Source: Candidatus Saccharimonadota bacterium
GTDB lineage: Bacteria > Patescibacteriota > Gracilibacteria > BD1-5 > UBA2023
Length of the DNA: 32,000 nucleotides
Assembly (NCBI GenBank): GCA_042852035.1
Contig: BAAFHK010000001.1
Coordinates: forward strand, 600,001-632,000
Direction: 5' to 3'
The first letter of the stretch is position 1. The number at the start of each line of letters is the position of its first letter. Position numbers and translations under genes: made by a program. Below, in pieces: positions 29,972 to 32,000 of this stretch. Under the pieces are notes generated by a model that saw nothing but the letters and a program-made list of their open reading frames with translations, did no database searches and was not told where the DNA came from.

Positions 29972-32000
29972 TTATGAGATTTTACGTTTTCGAGAAGTTA
30001 TATTTCGTATTTTTTTCCAGAGCTTTTTAAGAATACCATCTTCTGGATTCATATAAAGCTCATAGTATATTCCTTTTACAACAAAAAGGGTTAACATTGA
30101 GGCTGCCATGATACCGAAAATTATCGTGAATCCCATACCACTCCAAAATCGGTCTCGAAGAGCAATTGGGACGATACCAAGGACTGTTGTTACTGTAGTA
30201 AGAAGCATTGGCTCAAGACGTGAAGATCAAGCTTCCACAAGTGCAGTAATTCCTTCAATTCATTTTTCAAGGTTTTCATTTATCGCAGCAATAAGGATTA
30301 TCCCATGATTTACCGCGATTCCAGTAAAGGCAATAAATCAAATACCAAAAGGCATAGAGAATTGATTATCCGTGAGCAAAAGTCATATCATCACAAATGG
30401 TAAAGAAGTGATAACTGAATAGAGGATAACCAAAGGCTGAGAAAAACTATTAAATTGAAGGGTAAGTATACCAAATATAAGAAGTAAGGCCATAAAGAAT
30501 GCTGCCACCGTTGCAACAATAAGTTCACTATTTTCTTGGGCTTCGCCTCATGCCACATACGATATTCAGTGAGGATATTGGTAGCTCTTAGCAAATTCAA
30601 GAAATTTTGCCTGAAGAGCTGTATTATTTTTTACATCTTCTGCATCAGCATCTATAGTTATCTGAATTTTTCCATCTTGTCGAGAGATATTCGCTGTGGC
30701 ACTTGATAGGGTGCTCTCTATAAAGTCACCAACCCGGTAGGTAGTTGTTCAAAGAACAATAGGGAGAGAAAATATATTGTTCATATCAACACTTCCATCA
30801 AACTGGGAAGACTTTACAAGTATATCAATATCATTTCCTCCGTCTTCAACGCTCGCAATCTTTACCCCATTCATGTTTTGAAGTATTTGAGCATAGAGAA
30901 GCGCTGGTGATATTCCCGCGTTCGCAAGGGTATCCTTTTTGAGACTAAAAATAAATTGTCATGGAGTATCAGAACTCGATCGTCCGGCATTTTTTGTTCC
31001 AGGAAGGGACTTAAGATGTTTCTCGAAATCTCGAGAGACCCGTATAAGACTATCGAGATCACTCGCGTCATCAGCCTGGAGCTTAAGTCAAATTGCTTTT
31101 GATCCTGGAGGTCAACCCTTCAGAACTTCAGAAACTACTTTATATCACTTTGCCTCATAGGCTTGGAGTTTTGGGAGAAGAAGTTTTTCGATTTCAAAAA
31201 CGCTTCTTTCTCAATTTTTCTTTCTTTCCTCCTTCTTTGTGAGCTGAAGAGTAATATTTGCTACGTTAGCGTTTATATTAATAGTTGTATAATCGATTTC
31301 TGGATAACCGAGAAATATTTTATCAATTCAATCAAGATCACGAACAGTGACATCTGTTTTCTGACCAACCGGACCCGTGATAACTACAGTAGATATCCCA
31401 TTATCATCACTTGGAAAAAGTTCAAAACCAACCCGAGGAGCCAGCACAACAAAACCAAATATGAGAAACACAACTGGAAGAAATATTGAAAGCCTCCTGA
31501 GTTTTTTATGTTCAAGAAAATTTCTTAGAATTCTTTTATACCAAAGCGTAACGCCATGAATCACACGTATACGAAGAGGAGCACCAGCCTCTTCAATAGG
31601 AGTTTTTCAAACTCTTTCAAGCTCAAGAAGTTCTTTCTCCTCATCAGTGGCATACTCGATGGCATGATTATCTCTTACATAAGAGTTCAACTTTCTAACA
31701 AAAAGTAGGTAAAGTGCGCTATTTACAGTGATTACAAGAATTAAGCCTGTTGCAAGAACTCAGAAAATAGTAATCGGAATAAATGCAAGAAACTTCCCCA
31801 TAATTCCTGGAAGGAGCATCATCGGTATGAATACAACGATTGTTGTCATCACTCAGGAAATCACTGGTAAGGCATATTCTCGAAGGGCAAGCATAATAGC
31901 ACTTCTCGGATCATATCCGACTCTAATCTTCGCACTAGCAGCCTGAACTATAACGATAATCGTATCGACCGCTATACCGAATGAAAGTATGAGAGAAAAA
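29972..32000 (-). CDS. RND-superfamily efflux permease (AcrB-like), N-terminus outside the window
   Basis: A single frame through TGAs: ...FSLILSFGIAVDTIIVIVQAA...PVIS[G]VMTTIVVFIPMM...(periplasmic loop)...LIFGILTLQFNSFSQPLVILYSVITSLPF...FIAFTGIAVNHGIILI...LEPMLLTTVTTVLGIVPIAL.... It ends in TAA at 29972-29974, 2 nt before the MFS ATG. Confidence 0.85.

Noticed and set aside
1-32000. I searched for CRISPR arrays, tandem repeats, tRNA or rRNA genes, transposases, integrases and prophage blocks.
   Set aside because: No regularly spaced direct repeats, cloverleaf-type sequences or recombinase/transposase motifs were recognised. The repeats seen are simple A/T runs, terminator hairpins and the inverted repeats reported above.

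Overview
AT-rich (roughly mid-30s %GC by eye) bacterial chromosomal segment that only reads sensibly with UGA = glycine (translation table 25, as in Gracilibacteria / Absconditabacteria-SR1 type CPR bacteria). In the supplied standard-code ORF track, every recognisable gene is cut into same-frame pieces by TGA alone. The TGAs fall on invariant Gly positions, for example GGEPLL in a radical SAM enzyme, HQAG in DnaG and MGDTGS in MraY. All genes called here end in TAA or TAG. Retranslated by hand, the window holds about 35 tightly packed genes. In order they are: dnaG (partial), a large membrane-anchored hypothetical, an FtsA/PilM-like ATPase, mscS, mraY, hup, an orphan anti-sigma-type kinase, an M29-like aminopeptidase and a 524-aa orphan. 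Next come a hairpin-dense divergent intergenic region, a DUF360 holin-like protein, a YgiD-type extradiol dioxygenase and a pair of radical SAM enzymes (the first HxsB-like with SPASM). A 1421-aa IleS follows; it carries two complete extra enzyme domains, an alpha/beta serine hydrolase and a histidine phosphatase, inserted in-frame. Upstream of IleS lie a small membrane protein gene, a lipoprotein gene and an Ile-specific T-box leader. Further upstream is a 4-gene operon: serine hydrolase, 649-aa membrane protein, HEPN-like+CBS protein, 302-aa membrane protein. The rest of the window holds three tiny ORFs, a DedA protein, folA and a partial riboflavin operon (ribE, ribH, riboflavin kinase) interleaved with EamA, MFS and RND transporters. 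I recognised no rRNA, tRNA, CRISPR array, transposase or integrase. All coordinates come from manual translation, and functional calls rest on remembered family motifs, not on database searches.
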